Shown: positions 46,188 through 56,649, counted from the first letter of the stretch. The stretch is DNA of 64,000 nucleotides from an archaeon GW2011_AR20 (GCA_000830315.1 CP010426.1:135156-199155); one strand, 5' to 3'. Notes: generated by a model not told the origin, from the sequence alone. Program-made: numbers and translations.

Positions 46188-46697
46188 TTATAAAATAATT
46201 CTTTTGGCTATGATTTCTATCTTGTCCTGATAACCTGTAACCTGTCCTTCAACCTGTATTATTCTGCCTTTTTCTAAATTAAGCTGCTCTTCTTTAAAAA
46301 CAACAACATCAATATTCCCCGTATCATCCATAATATTTATGATGTATAGGCCGGGTGTTTCGGTTATCTTTGTTATTTCGCCTTTAACTTTTATCTGTTT
46401 GTCTATAAGATCCTTATTTATAGAATTAATGTCCGGGTCTGGAACATCAATATTATTTAAGATTATTAGTAGAAATAAAATTCCTATTAATGAGATGACC
46501 AATGATATTTTTAAGAGTAATTTTTCTTTCATTAAACAGTTAAATTTATTAAGATTTAAATAACTTGTTAAATATGGATTTAAGTAAAAGATTTGAGTTA
46601 ATAAAAAGAAACTCTCAAGAGATTTTAACAGAAAATGAATTAAAGGGAGCTTTGCAGAAAAAGAAACAATTATCGGCTTATTATGGAACCGCCCCAA
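46188..46697 (-). CDS. Membrane-anchored OB-fold protein, hypothetical (true start probably downstream; overlaps tyrS start)
   Basis: 169 aa; TM then 'IKVKGEITKI...IQVEGQVTGY' OB-like. Confidence 0.35.
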   Translation of the reverse strand: MGRFHNKPIIVSFSAKLPLIHFLLKSLESFFLLTQIFYLNPYLTSYLNLNKFNCLMKEKLLLKISLVISLIGILFLLIILNNIDVPDPDINSINKDLIDKQIKVKGEITKITETPGLYIINIMDDTGNIDVVVFKEEQLNLEKGRIIQVEGQVTGYQDKIEIIAKRIIL

Positions 46698-47572
46698 CAG
46701 GATTATATCATATGGGTTATTTAGTCCCTTTGAGCAAATTATTTGATTTTGATAAAGCTGGGATAAAAAATAAGGTCCTTATAGCTAACATACATGCAGC
46801 ATTAGATGACCTAAAAACGCCTTGGGAAAAAATAGATTTTGTTGGAAACTATTACCAGAAATGTATTGAATTAAGTTTTCCTTGGGATAAAAAACCGAGA
46901 TTTGTTAGGGGGAGCAGTTTTCAACTGACAAAAGAATACCAATTAGATGTTTTAAAATTATCAGCCTTATCAACAGTTGCAAGAACTACAAGAGCGGCAT
47001 CAGAAGTCACAAGAATGAAAAATCCAAAAGTTTCTGAATTAATTTACCCGATAATGCAAGCCTTAGATGAGGAATATTTAGATGTAGATATTCAATTGGG
47101 TGGCCAAGATCAACGCCATATACTAGCGTATGCCCGCGAATATTTGCCTTTAATTAAATATGAACCGAGAATAGAAATCATGACCCCATTGATCGTAAGT
47201 TTAAGGGGGCCGGGTGTTAAAATGAGCGCCTCGATTCCAGAAAGCAGAATTTTAGTTCATGATCCTAAAGAAGTTATTGAAAAAAATATAAATAATGCAT
47301 ATTGCCCTGCAGGAATTGTTCAAGATAACCCCATTTTGCAATTGGCCAAGTTTATAGTTTTTAGTGTTAAAGATAAATTTAAAATTGAAAGAGATAAAAA
47401 ATTTGGAGGAAATATCGTATTTAATAATTATAATAATTTAGAGAAAGAATTCGTTGACAAAAAAATTCATCCAAGTGATTTAAAAAACAATTTGAGTAAA
47501 GAGTTGACAAATATTTTCAGTAAAGTTAGAAATTATTTCGAAAAGAACCAAGATTTAATTCCAAAGGTTTAA
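46565..47572 (+). CDS. tyrS: Tyrosyl-tRNA synthetase, archaeal type
   Basis: 335 aa; near-collinear with M. jannaschii TyrRS from memory ('ELIKRNSQEILTENEL', 'HMGY' HIGH variant, 'KMSAS', 'AYCPAGIVQDNPIL', 'KFGGNIVFNNY'). Confidence 0.85.
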   Translation: MLNMDLSKRFELIKRNSQEILTENELKGALQKKKQLSAYYGTAPTGLYHMGYLVPLSKLFDFDKAGIKNKVLIANIHAALDDLKTPWEKIDFVGNYYQKCIELSFPWDKKPRFVRGSSFQLTKEYQLDVLKLSALSTVARTTRAASEVTRMKNPKVSELIYPIMQALDEEYLDVDIQLGGQDQRHILAYAREYLPLIKYEPRIEIMTPLIVSLRGPGVKMSASIPESRILVHDPKEVIEKNINNAYCPAGIVQDNPILQLAKFIVFSVKDKFKIERDKKFGGNIVFNNYNNLEKEFVDKKIHPSDLKNNLSKELTNIFSKVRNYFEKNQDLIPKV

Positions 47573-47596
47573 AAAATTACTTTTTCTGGTAAGATC

Positions 47597-48325
47597 ATGA
47601 AAATAATTAAAATTCCATATTCAGAAGGAACGGATGTAAACAAGGGGTGCGAAAAGGCCCCAGATGAAATAATAAAACAATTAAATGAATGTTGGAGCAA
47701 TGAAAACTTCCAGGATAATAAATATGATGTTTTAAGCTCCAATATAAATGATTTAAAGGAGGGGGATGTTTTTATTGGAGGAGATCATACAATTAGTTAT
47801 CACATTTTCAAGAAATTTTTCAGAGATAAAAATAATCCTGGGATAATTGTTTTTGATGCACATCCTGATTTGTTTCAGCATTTTGATATGCCGATGCAGA
47901 CAGATTGGCTGTATTTTTTAATCAAGGAAAAAATAGTTAAACCAGAAAACGTGATTTTGATCGGGATTAGAAATCCTGATGTGAAAGAAGTTTCCTTTTT
48001 AAAAGATTACAAAATAAAATATTTTACTGCAAGACAGTTGTTTAATAATATAGAGGATCATTGTGATGCGATAATGGAATTAGCACAAAAATTTTCAGAT
48101 GTTTACGTTTCAATTGATATAGATGTCTTAGATCCTGCTTTTGCTCCTGGAACCGGTTATATTGAACCTGGAGGATTATCTACAAGAGAATTAATTTACT
48201 TATTGCAAAGAATTAAATTACTTAAAAACATTAGAAAATATGATTTGGTTGAAGTTAACCCCAATAAAGATATTAATTTAATGACGTGTAAAGTGGCGGC
48301 TAGAACAATAAAGGAATTAATTTAA
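47597..48325 (+). CDS. Ureohydrolase family (agmatinase/arginase-like)
   Basis: 242 aa; 'GGDHTISY', 'VFDAHPDL', 'SIDIDVLDPAFAPGTG' Mn-binding motifs. Confidence 0.7.
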   Translation: MKIIKIPYSEGTDVNKGCEKAPDEIIKQLNECWSNENFQDNKYDVLSSNINDLKEGDVFIGGDHTISYHIFKKFFRDKNNPGIIVFDAHPDLFQHFDMPMQTDWLYFLIKEKIVKPENVILIGIRNPDVKEVSFLKDYKIKYFTARQLFNNIEDHCDAIMELAQKFSDVYVSIDIDVLDPAFAPGTGYIEPGGLSTRELIYLLQRIKLLKNIRKYDLVEVNPNKDINLMTCKVAARTIKELI

Positions 48326-48360
48326 AAAGATTTAAATAACATAAAAAAAACTAAAATCTT

Positions 48361-49167
48361 ATGGGTTTTATTAACAGATTAAAAAATGCATGGAATATCT
48401 TTAAACTCAGTTTTAGTTTGTTAAAAAGAGATAAAAGTTTGTCTGTAATACCAATAATGGTTTTTCTTAGTATGATTTTTGTCAGTTTCTGGTTAATTAT
48501 TGTCTTTATATTACATAAATTTAATATAGATACCTCTACTTATTTTCAAACTCCTGGGTCAAGATTGATACTATTTTTTATTATTCTCTTTTTTATGTTA
48601 TCTTATTATGTTTGGACGATATTTTTATTTTCTGTACAGAGTTGGATGGTGTATGAAGTTTTACAAGGTAAAAATACAAATTTTAAATCTGGATTTAAAA
48701 GAGCATTGCAAAATTTAGATGACATTTTATTGTTTGCTTTAGTAACTCTGTCTATCGGTGCAATTGGTTCTATGCTTCGTTCGAGGGGCATATTAGAAAA
48801 ACTATTTGGTAGCTTCATAGGACTCGTAGCCGGAATAGCCGGTAAACTTGTATTGCCCGCAATGATTATTACAGAAAGAAGTTTTAAAGAATCAGTTTTG
48901 CAATTAAAAGAAAGTATTAAGGTTGTCCCAGAAATCTTAACTTATGAAATTGGAATAAGCCCATTAATGAACTTAGTTTTTTATATTTCTCTCATAATTG
49001 CGTTTTTATCTGGCCTTAGTTTTGGATTTGTAATTGGAATTTTAGTTTTGATAGTTTTAACTTTATTAACTACATCATTATCAGTTTATATTAATATTAC
49101 TTATTATACAATCCTTTATTTAACTTTAATTGAGAAGAAGAAAATTCGGGGCTTAAAAATTTTATGA
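48361..49167 (+). CDS. Polytopic membrane protein, hypothetical
   Basis: 268 aa, 6 TM. Confidence 0.3.
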   Translation: MGFINRLKNAWNIFKLSFSLLKRDKSLSVIPIMVFLSMIFVSFWLIIVFILHKFNIDTSTYFQTPGSRLILFFIILFFMLSYYVWTIFLFSVQSWMVYEVLQGKNTNFKSGFKRALQNLDDILLFALVTLSIGAIGSMLRSRGILEKLFGSFIGLVAGIAGKLVLPAMIITERSFKESVLQLKESIKVVPEILTYEIGISPLMNLVFYISLIIAFLSGLSFGFVIGILVLIVLTLLTTSLSVYINITYYTILYLTLIEKKKIRGLKIL

Positions 49168-49700
49168 GAACATTTATTGCAATTTTTTTGCCAAAAGAAA
49201 TTCTTGACTACTTGTATGAGGTTGAGAATAAATTAAAAAAAGAACTTCCAGCTAAAATAAACTGGGTTGCAAAAGAAAATTTGCACTTCACTTTAAAGTT
49301 CTTAGGCCAGGTTGATGAAAAAAACATTAATTCCATAAAGGAAAGGCTAAATAGAATAAAATTCGGTTCATTTAAAATAGATTTAGATAAAATTGGGGTT
49401 TTTCCAAATGAAGAATTTATTAGAGTTATTTGGATTGGACTAAAATCTAAAGAATTGGGTGACTTACAAAGATTAATTGATTATGAGCTGCTTGATTTGT
49501 TTTCTAAAGAGCAGGATTTTATTTCTCATTTAACGCTTGGAAGGATAAAAAATATTCAAGATAAGGAAAAATTCAAGAAAGCCCTACAAATTAAAATTGA
49601 AGATAAAGAATTTGAAATTAATGAATTTTGTTTAGTTAAAAGCGAGTTGCATAAAGAAGGTCCAAGTTACGAGATTTTAGAAAGATTTAAATTATATTAG
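49164..49700 (+). CDS. thpR: RNA 2',3'-cyclic phosphodiesterase (2H family, ThpR/LigT)
   Basis: 178 aa; two H-x-T/S-x motifs 'HFTLKFLG' and 'HLTLGRIK'. Confidence 0.8.
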   Translation: MRTFIAIFLPKEILDYLYEVENKLKKELPAKINWVAKENLHFTLKFLGQVDEKNINSIKERLNRIKFGSFKIDLDKIGVFPNEEFIRVIWIGLKSKELGDLQRLIDYELLDLFSKEQDFISHLTLGRIKNIQDKEKFKKALQIKIEDKEFEINEFCLVKSELHKEGPSYEILERFKLY

Positions 49701-49714
49701 AATATTTTAGATTT

Positions 49715-49954
49715 ATGAGTATAGAAGAAGAAATTGAAAAAAGTGGGGACATTGCTTACGGTGGTGTTCGTACATATGCTATTGGAGAAGTTGCCAATTT
49801 AAGAAAAGCTTTAGTCCAATTAAAAATGCATATAAATGATTTAGGAGAATTACCTCAAGTAACTAAAAAATATAAAAAAGAGATTCTTATTATTAATGTC
49901 TCAATTCAAGACATAGAAGATGAAATCAAAATAATCGACAAACATTTAAATTAA
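49715..49954 (+). CDS. Hypothetical small protein
   Basis: 79 aa. Confidence 0.25.
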   Translation: MSIEEEIEKSGDIAYGGVRTYAIGEVANLRKALVQLKMHINDLGELPQVTKKYKKEILIINVSIQDIEDEIKIIDKHLN

Positions 49955-50037
49955 GCCAAAACAACTAAGATCCCTCAACTAATCTTCAAATTAATTAGAT
50001 TTCGCATGTAGTAAAAGTACTAAATAAATTTAAATGG

Positions 50038-50700
50038 TTAATTTTTATATTCGGAATCAAGAACTTCTCTAATAACCTTGCTTTTTTTATCCCCTATTTT
50101 TTCAACTTTTCTTAATTTATCTTCTTTGGCATTAATTACATTTTTTACAGATTTAAATTTGCTCAATAAAGATTTAGCCAAACTCGATCCAATCCCGGGT
50201 AATCCCTCTATTAAATATTCTTGCTGTTCTTTTAATGTCAAGGGTTTTCTTTTACTTACTAATGAGATGTGCCTTTTTGGTTTCTCTAATCTTTTGGCGA
50301 TTAAAGCAAGATAAGCGGCAGTGTCACGATAATTTTTGGTATAAAGTATCGGAATTTGATAATCAATGGCTATGCTTGATAACATCCCCCTAATTGAATT
50401 TGGATGAAAATCCCTCAATGAATATAAATTTCTATCTGTTTCAAGGATTAGTAGCTGTAATGGGAAATTTTCTTTTAAAGCGATTAACTGCGTAAGAATT
50501 CTTTTGTCAATTATTGAATTTAAAAAATCGTTTCCTGTTTTCCTTTCTATGGCCAGATCCTTTACATGACCGTCAACATCTTTAATTTGCATAACAAAAT
50601 CGGCTGAAATCAAACTTTTAATTTCGACATCAATATTATGTTTATATAATTCTTTAACGATATTTTTATCTTCCCTATAATCAACAATAATTTTAGCCAT
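50038..50700 (-). CDS. ERCC4-type (XPF/Hef) nuclease domain + (HhH)2 protein
   Basis: 220 aa; 'ADFVMQI...LAIERKTGNDFLNSI' ERK motif; C-terminal HhH 'GLPGIGSSLAKSLL'. Confidence 0.7.
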   Translation of the reverse strand: MAKIIVDYREDKNIVKELYKHNIDVEIKSLISADFVMQIKDVDGHVKDLAIERKTGNDFLNSIIDKRILTQLIALKENFPLQLLILETDRNLYSLRDFHPNSIRGMLSSIAIDYQIPILYTKNYRDTAAYLALIAKRLEKPKRHISLVSKRKPLTLKEQQEYLIEGLPGIGSSLAKSLLSKFKSVKNVINAKEDKLRKVEKIGDKKSKVIREVLDSEYKN

Positions 50701-52198
50701 CTTTTAAAAATTCCTCAATATTTTTATCTTTCAGATTATATAATGCCGTTTTCATCCTTTTCTCTTTCTGATAACCGCTCCAGAAATATGCTTCGTCTCT
50801 TGTATTCTTCGTTATTAAAAAGATTATTTTTCCTGCCTGCAATCTAGCGACTCGGCCTGCCCTCTGTATTTTTCTTATTTCGCTCGGAACAGCTTCATAA
50901 AATATAACTAAATTTGCCCCCTTGATATCTATACCTTCTTCTCCAATTGATGTTGCAATCAGAACATTATCGTCGTTCTCCTCAAATGTTTTTATGGTCA
51001 AAATTTGCTGCTTCTGGGTTAATCCTGATTTTTGTCCTATCAGCTTAACAGTTTTAATATTATTTTCTTTGAATAACTTTAGAATATTATCGACTGTATC
51101 GCGATAATTAGCAAAGACCATTATTTTAATGCTTTTATTTAAATTAATCTCATTTTTCACAATCTCCAATAATTTACTGAATTTTGGATGCTCTAATCCG
51201 TTCTTAATCAAATCGGTTGTTAAATGAATAATATCCTGGAATTCCTTATTATTCAAAATATTTTTAGCGGCTTTGCTTTCATCCAGTTTTAATTTATCCA
51301 AAAATTTGCTTAATACCCTTAATCCCTGAATTTCCAATAATTCCATCATATAATCAATTTTAATTAATTGGGCAGTTAAAGAAATTCCGTAGTAAGCACT
51401 TTTATCCCCCTTATTCAGATTATTTCTTAAAACAGCCTGCATTTGAATTAAATCTTTTTTATTAATCAGGTGTGTTGGTTTATTGAATCCTAGTCTCAAT
51501 AATTCCTTTGCCTTATTCAAGTAAATGTTTTTAATTTTTGAATGTAGTCTAAGCAATTCATGCTGTAGATTAACTTCTATCCATTCTATTTCGCGTTTTT
51601 GTATATACTGCTTAACATCTTTGTCTGTTTCAGAACGGATTTCAACAGCCTCCAAATTCAAGTTTTTCATTATCTCCTTTATTCTATCTAAGGTCCCGCC
51701 TGGGGAAGCAGTTAATGCTAATATCCTTGGATTTAGAGATTGTTCAAAATATGCTTTTGTGACGTGCGTATTTGCAAAATTTAACCTGGAGCGATGAGCT
51801 TCATCAATTACCAATAAAGAAAAATCCCTTAAACCAATTCTGGAATTTTCTAAATCTTTTTCAATAGTTTGTGGTGTTGCAACAATAACCAAAGCATCTT
51901 CAACTAATTCTTTTCTTTGTTCTGGTTTTATTAATCCTGTAAGCAAAATGATTTTATCTTGAGGAAGGTCTGTATGTTGTTTAAATGTGTTAACGTGCTG
52001 CTGTGATAAAGGTTTGGTTGGACTTAAAACTAAAATTTTTGAATTTTGGAATTTGTTCAGTCTTTCAATTCCGAGCAATAAAGCAATGGCTGTCTTTCCT
52101 GTTCCTGTAGGCAGAACAACAAGGGTATTGTTATTCTTGCAGGTTTCTAAGATACTTGACTGGTACTCTCTTGGTGTAAAATTAACTAGATTAAACAT
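50693..52198 (-). CDS. Hef-like SF2 helicase (helicase part only)
   Basis: 501 aa; 'VLPTGTGKT' Walker A, 'VIDEAHRS' DEAH, 'LIATSIGEEGID' motif VI region; 8-nt overlap with the nuclease gene. Confidence 0.75.
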   Translation of the reverse strand: MFNLVNFTPREYQSSILETCKNNNTLVVLPTGTGKTAIALLLGIERLNKFQNSKILVLSPTKPLSQQHVNTFKQHTDLPQDKIILLTGLIKPEQRKELVEDALVIVATPQTIEKDLENSRIGLRDFSLLVIDEAHRSRLNFANTHVTKAYFEQSLNPRILALTASPGGTLDRIKEIMKNLNLEAVEIRSETDKDVKQYIQKREIEWIEVNLQHELLRLHSKIKNIYLNKAKELLRLGFNKPTHLINKKDLIQMQAVLRNNLNKGDKSAYYGISLTAQLIKIDYMMELLEIQGLRVLSKFLDKLKLDESKAAKNILNNKEFQDIIHLTTDLIKNGLEHPKFSKLLEIVKNEINLNKSIKIMVFANYRDTVDNILKLFKENNIKTVKLIGQKSGLTQKQQILTIKTFEENDDNVLIATSIGEEGIDIKGANLVIFYEAVPSEIRKIQRAGRVARLQAGKIIFLITKNTRDEAYFWSGYQKEKRMKTALYNLKDKNIEEFLKDG

Positions 52199-52222
52199 GA
52201 TAAAATAAAGTTATGAGTATAT

Positions 52223-52957
52223 TTAAGCTTTAAGATATTCCAAAAAATAGAAATATATTACTGCCAGAATAATGCTTACTAATAAAGACAGTATTATTGC
52301 ATAGATTACAGGTAAACTTTGAATCAGCAAGATATTCCCAATAAAGAAGATCAGGCTGAATATGTACAAGGCTCTTGATGCAAGAAATATCTTTGCGCCT
52401 GGTAAATTCGAGAACGGCAATAACTGCCATATTATAAACCATGAGCTAATTAAAATTCCTTTGTCTAAACCAGCTGATTTAAAGATAAGCATTAAAATAA
52501 AATTAAAAAATAATCCTCCTGTCGCGATCAACCCGTGATTAAAATAAGTTATTTTTGGAAATTTTCTGCCGAAGATATTATAATCTTTAATGTCAAAAGT
52601 TCCTACAGGAGTAAAAAAGAATTTCCCGTTGGAAAATAACGTTATTAATACAGGCAGGACAGGAGTAAAAACATATTTGTACAGTTTAAACAGTCTGAAT
52701 TTATCTTTAAAAACATGTGAATTCAAAGCTTTAATTTCAATTTCTGCTCCAAGATATTTTGCAACCAACTTATAACCGAGGGTATTAAACAATATTATCA
52801 TGGAAACAAGAATAAAAACGTAAAGTAAATTCAAGAGCCAATTTTTTAAAATAAATTCTGGTTTATTGTCATTAAATCCGAAAATTAAAGTTAGAATTAA
52901 TATAATTATAATTATTGCCTTAATTTCCTTTGAGAATTTCAAATATTCCTTTTTCAT
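52223..52957 (-). CDS. Membrane protein, hypothetical
   Basis: 244 aa, about 7 TM. Confidence 0.3.
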   Translation of the reverse strand: MKKEYLKFSKEIKAIIIIILILTLIFGFNDNKPEFILKNWLLNLLYVFILVSMIILFNTLGYKLVAKYLGAEIEIKALNSHVFKDKFRLFKLYKYVFTPVLPVLITLFSNGKFFFTPVGTFDIKDYNIFGRKFPKITYFNHGLIATGGLFFNFILMLIFKSAGLDKGILISSWFIIWQLLPFSNLPGAKIFLASRALYIFSLIFFIGNILLIQSLPVIYAIILSLLVSIILAVIYFYFLEYLKA

Positions 52958-53585
52958 GACCCGCCCCTATGATAGCCAGTATTTTCTTATCCTTATTCTC
53001 ATTCATTATTTTATATAAACCTTTTGCCATGATAATATTTCTCTCCTCTATCAGAACATCATAGATATTTGGATAACGCTCTTTTACTTTACTAATTAAT
53101 TTTAATATCAAAGATTCACTGGGAACTTTTGTTAAATCAAATGGCTCGATATCACTTTTTCTAAAGATTATCCCTTTAAGTAAATCTTTCACAATCCTAA
53201 ATTTTTCCTTAAATGTAATTCTCCTGCCTAATTTTTTCAAAGTGATGCTTATATCCTGGTCTATTAATGCAATTTTAGTGTTATATTCCCTGGATAACTC
53301 AAATGCTGTTTTCATTTCACTTCCAGGCATAACCCCGACTAATTTCCCGAGTTTTTTTTCAATGTATGCTCCGATTAAATTTATCAAGAATCCTTTAATT
53401 CCGATTTCTCCTATATCTTTTAAGCCTGGTTTTCTCTTATCAATCAGGGCAATTAATCTTTTTCTGTCCAACTCCAGCGCAATTATGTCTGGTTTGTTCT
53501 TTGAAATAAAATTTCCCACTTTCAAAATGCTTTCTTTTGAGATGTGAGATGTGCCAATTATCGTCAAATTCTTATAAACTCTCAT
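52920..53585 (-). CDS. TraB/GumN family protein
   Basis: 221 aa; 'IIGTSHIS' G-x-S-H, 'IIALELD', 'AIIGAGH' motifs. Confidence 0.55.
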   Translation of the reverse strand: MRVYKNLTIIGTSHISKESILKVGNFISKNKPDIIALELDRKRLIALIDKRKPGLKDIGEIGIKGFLINLIGAYIEKKLGKLVGVMPGSEMKTAFELSREYNTKIALIDQDISITLKKLGRRITFKEKFRIVKDLLKGIIFRKSDIEPFDLTKVPSESLILKLISKVKERYPNIYDVLIEERNIIMAKGLYKIMNENKDKKILAIIGAGHEKGIFEILKGN

Positions 53586-53652
53586 TACCCATTTAAAAGA
53601 AAGCTTTAAATATTTAAAATGATTTATTCCTTAATAAAGGAGGAGAGTTAAA

Positions 53653-53940
53653 ATGGCATTAAAAACAAAAAAAGTAACACAGGCATATGAAATGAAGGTT
53701 TTTACAGATGATGGTCTTTATTTTGGAGATGTTGAGGAGGCAATAGTGAGTTCCAATAGGGTATTTGGGTGGAGAGTTAAGTCTACCAGAAACTCTTATT
53801 TAACAAAAGTATTAGGTGGAGCAAAGGGTGTAATTGTGCCTCATCAATTAGTAAGGGCTGTTGGAGATGTATTCATAATAAGCAAATCGGCAATTCCAAG
53901 TTCAGCGCCTGAAGAAGGTTCTGAAATGGAAGAAGAGTAA
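53653..53940 (+). CDS. PRC-barrel domain protein
   Basis: 95 aa; 'VFTDDGLYFGDVEEAIV...GDVFIISK'. Confidence 0.55.
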   Translation: MALKTKKVTQAYEMKVFTDDGLYFGDVEEAIVSSNRVFGWRVKSTRNSYLTKVLGGAKGVIVPHQLVRAVGDVFIISKSAIPSSAPEEGSEMEEE

Positions 53941-53971
53941 GTTTTAAATACATTCTAAACTTAGTAAAATT

Positions 53972-54541
53972 ATGGTTACTCCATTAGGAAAAGCAATAGA
54001 GTTCTTTCGTGATTTTGGTTTATTTGATGTAGTTTTGCCATTTCTTTTGGTTTTCACGATCATATTTGCGATACTCGAAAAAACCAGGATTCTTGGTACT
54101 GTAAAAATTAAAGGAGACGAAGTTCCAAATAAGAATCTTAATTCCATGGTCTCATTTGTTGTTGCATTATTGACGGTTGCCACCGCAAACGTCGTTAGAA
54201 CAATAAATGAAAGCCTGCCAAATGTTGTTTTGCTGACTGTTATTGGCTTAAGCTTTTTGATAATGGTCGGTGTGTTTATGAAAACAGAAGAGATGGACTT
54301 GAGAAGCAAGCACAGGGGCATTTACATGACATTTATTATCTTCATGTTTGTTGGAGTAATTGCAATTTTTCTTAATTCAATATATGACGCTGACGGAAAT
54401 TCATGGCTCGAAATCTTATTGTTTTTTATAACAACCCAGTGGAGTGGTGCTGTAGTTACAAGCATATTATTTTTAATAGTAATGGTCGTTGCAATATGGT
54501 TTATTACAAAGCAACAAAAAGAAAAAAAGGAGGCTTCTTAA
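53972..54541 (+). CDS. 4-TM membrane protein, paralog 1 of 3 (tandem)
   Basis: 189 aa; shared N-terminal motif 'LPFLLVFTIIFAILEKTRILG'. Confidence 0.4.
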   Translation: MVTPLGKAIEFFRDFGLFDVVLPFLLVFTIIFAILEKTRILGTVKIKGDEVPNKNLNSMVSFVVALLTVATANVVRTINESLPNVVLLTVIGLSFLIMVGVFMKTEEMDLRSKHRGIYMTFIIFMFVGVIAIFLNSIYDADGNSWLEILLFFITTQWSGAVVTSILFLIVMVVAIWFITKQQKEKKEAS

Positions 54542-55120
54542 ATGGCGGCTCAAGATATTCTTTATCAATTACAAAGTTCGGGATTATATGAGATAGCATT
54601 ACCTTTCTTGTTGATTTTTACAATCACGTTTGCTATTCTGGAAAAAACAAAGATATTTGGTGCAGGCAAAGACCAGGAACCAAGAAGCAATATCAATGTG
54701 GTAGTCTCGGTTATTCTTGGATTATTGATAATAAACCAATTCGAAATCGTTGATAGGTTGAACTTATTTTTACCAAAAGTTTCATTATTCATTGTCGTAG
54801 CCATAATGTTCTTAATCTTGCTTGGCGTATTTGGGGCGAACATATCTGAAGGATTCAGCGGAATTTTGCTTTTGATTTTTGCAATAGTATCATTGTTTGT
54901 AATATACTGGGCACTAACACCATATGTTGGGTTAGACTTCATTGGACCGTATTGGCTTGAGTCCTGGGTTTATGATAATTCATCCACATTAATATTCTTA
55001 GTTATAATCGGGATAATAATCTGGGCTGTTGTTAAAAAACCGAGAGGCAATAATGATACCTTTACGAAATTCGGAGAAACAATAGATAAAATGTTTGGAA
55101 AGGGTTCCAGAAGCAGATAA
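54542..55120 (+). CDS. 4-TM membrane protein, paralog 2 of 3
   Basis: 192 aa; 'LPFLLIFTITFAILEKTKIFG'. Confidence 0.4.
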   Translation: MAAQDILYQLQSSGLYEIALPFLLIFTITFAILEKTKIFGAGKDQEPRSNINVVVSVILGLLIINQFEIVDRLNLFLPKVSLFIVVAIMFLILLGVFGANISEGFSGILLLIFAIVSLFVIYWALTPYVGLDFIGPYWLESWVYDNSSTLIFLVIIGIIIWAVVKKPRGNNDTFTKFGETIDKMFGKGSRSR

Positions 55121-55122
55121 AA

Positions 55123-55656
55123 ATGGCTACAATATTAGAAGGTCTGGGATTTTTAGAATTCTTTTTGCCAGTCTTCTCTTTCTTATTTATTTTTGTGATA
55201 ATGTACGCTGTTCTCGACAAATTCAAATTAATGGGAGATAATAAATCAATTAAATTTATTGCGTCATTATCCATTGCTTTAATTTTTCTGTTTTCCAAAT
55301 CAACGCTTGAATTCGTTAATTTTGTCACGCCCTGGTTTGTTATTCTGGTTATAATTGCATTTTTTATTTTATCTTTGTTCATGTTTATGGGTCTTAAGGA
55401 AAAAAGCATGGAAGCTACAATAGGGGACCCCAGGGTTTATTGGACAATTTTAGTCATAATAATCATCTTATTAATCGCTGCTATTGGCACGGTATTTAGT
55501 GATTTCTTTTCAACAGAGGGCGGGGAAATAACAGATCCGACTAAAGCAAGCATAACCCAGATTTTAGTTCATCCTAGGGTTTTGGGGGCATTATTTTTAC
55601 TGGTCATAATCTCATTTGCAATAAAAAATATAGCAAGTTTTGCAGAATCTAAATAG
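55123..55656 (+). CDS. 4-TM membrane protein, paralog 3 of 3
   Basis: 177 aa; 'LPVFSFLFIFVIMYAVLDKFKLMG'. Confidence 0.4.
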   Translation: MATILEGLGFLEFFLPVFSFLFIFVIMYAVLDKFKLMGDNKSIKFIASLSIALIFLFSKSTLEFVNFVTPWFVILVIIAFFILSLFMFMGLKEKSMEATIGDPRVYWTILVIIIILLIAAIGTVFSDFFSTEGGEITDPTKASITQILVHPRVLGALFLLVIISFAIKNIASFAESK

Positions 55657-56299
55657 ATCTTGATTTTTTCTTTTTTAATTCGCTCGTAATCTTTCCAAGT
55701 TCTTTTACATTTGTTGTTAACGGCTCGATTATTTTTTGCATTACCTGCTCCAAGGCTTTCATTTCAGAATTCAATTCAGAAACATTTTTATTATAATCAT
55801 GGACTCTCCCTACCAAAATATTTTGCAAATTATTAAATTTCTCCTGTACCCTTAATATTTCCTGCTTAACAGCTTCTAAATCATTATTCACGCTTTCTTT
55901 CCATAAATTTACATCGCCGATTTTTGATATCAGGTCATCCCATTTTTCTTCAACAATTGATTCAACAATTTCCTGAATCTGGCTTGAACCTAATTCTGGT
56001 GCCGGCTGATTATAACCTGTGTTTGATTGGGTGTATCTTAAACTCGGTTCTTCTCCTTCGGGGCTCGGAGCTTCTTCAAGCAAATCTTCTGGAGCATCCT
56101 GCTGTTCTTTAGATGGTTCAAACTGGTCTAATTCATCCAAAATATTACCGTCCTGTGAAGATTGATTAAAAGCGTCGTCTATCTCCTGATTAGAATAATC
56201 TGGTTTTAATGCTTTGAGAATTTCTTCATCATTCACATTATCGTCTTTCATAATCTTAACTTTGTCTGTTGGCGGTTTCTTTAGTGCTATCTTTCTCAC
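55649..56299 (-). CDS. Acidic (D/E-rich) protein, hypothetical
   Basis: 216 aa; pI clearly acidic; coiled-coil C-terminus. Confidence 0.3.
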   Translation of the reverse strand: MRKIALKKPPTDKVKIMKDDNVNDEEILKALKPDYSNQEIDDAFNQSSQDGNILDELDQFEPSKEQQDAPEDLLEEAPSPEGEEPSLRYTQSNTGYNQPAPELGSSQIQEIVESIVEEKWDDLISKIGDVNLWKESVNNDLEAVKQEILRVQEKFNNLQNILVGRVHDYNKNVSELNSEMKALEQVMQKIIEPLTTNVKELGKITSELKKKKSRSI

Positions 56300-56633
56300 C
56301 CCTGTTAATTATTTCCACAACTTCTTTTTGGGTAACAAAATTCAATGGATTCCAAAAACCAATGTATTTTTCGATTACTTTAACATTTTCTTTTCTTGCG
56401 AAATTCTGCATTTCGTTTACAACGTTTCTTAGGACATTCTTAATCTCATTTAAATCCTGCTTTAAGCCCTTTACTTCCGAATCAATTAATTTAATTTCCT
56501 TGTTTAACTTTCTGTATTCCTGAATCATGTTCTGGTTTATCAAAAAAATTCTGTCCCTCACAACACTATACCTTGATTCTAGAACTCTAACGCGCTCTTC
56601 GACAGTTGTTGGTTGAAATTCTTGCATTTTCAC
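56256..56633 (-). CDS. Coiled-coil protein, hypothetical
   Basis: 125 aa heptad-rich. Confidence 0.3.
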   Translation of the reverse strand: MKMQEFQPTTVEERVRVLESRYSVVRDRIFLINQNMIQEYRKLNKEIKLIDSEVKGLKQDLNEIKNVLRNVVNEMQNFARKENVKVIEKYIGFWNPLNFVTQKEVVEIINRGEKDSTKETANRQS

Positions 56634-56649
56634 CTCTATATTTTCATCA

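Noticed and set aside
46565-46697. Full 169-aa extent of ORF 46188..46697 overlapping the tyrS start by about 130 nt
   Set aside because: Divergent overlap of that size is unlikely; the TM/OB protein probably starts at a downstream Met
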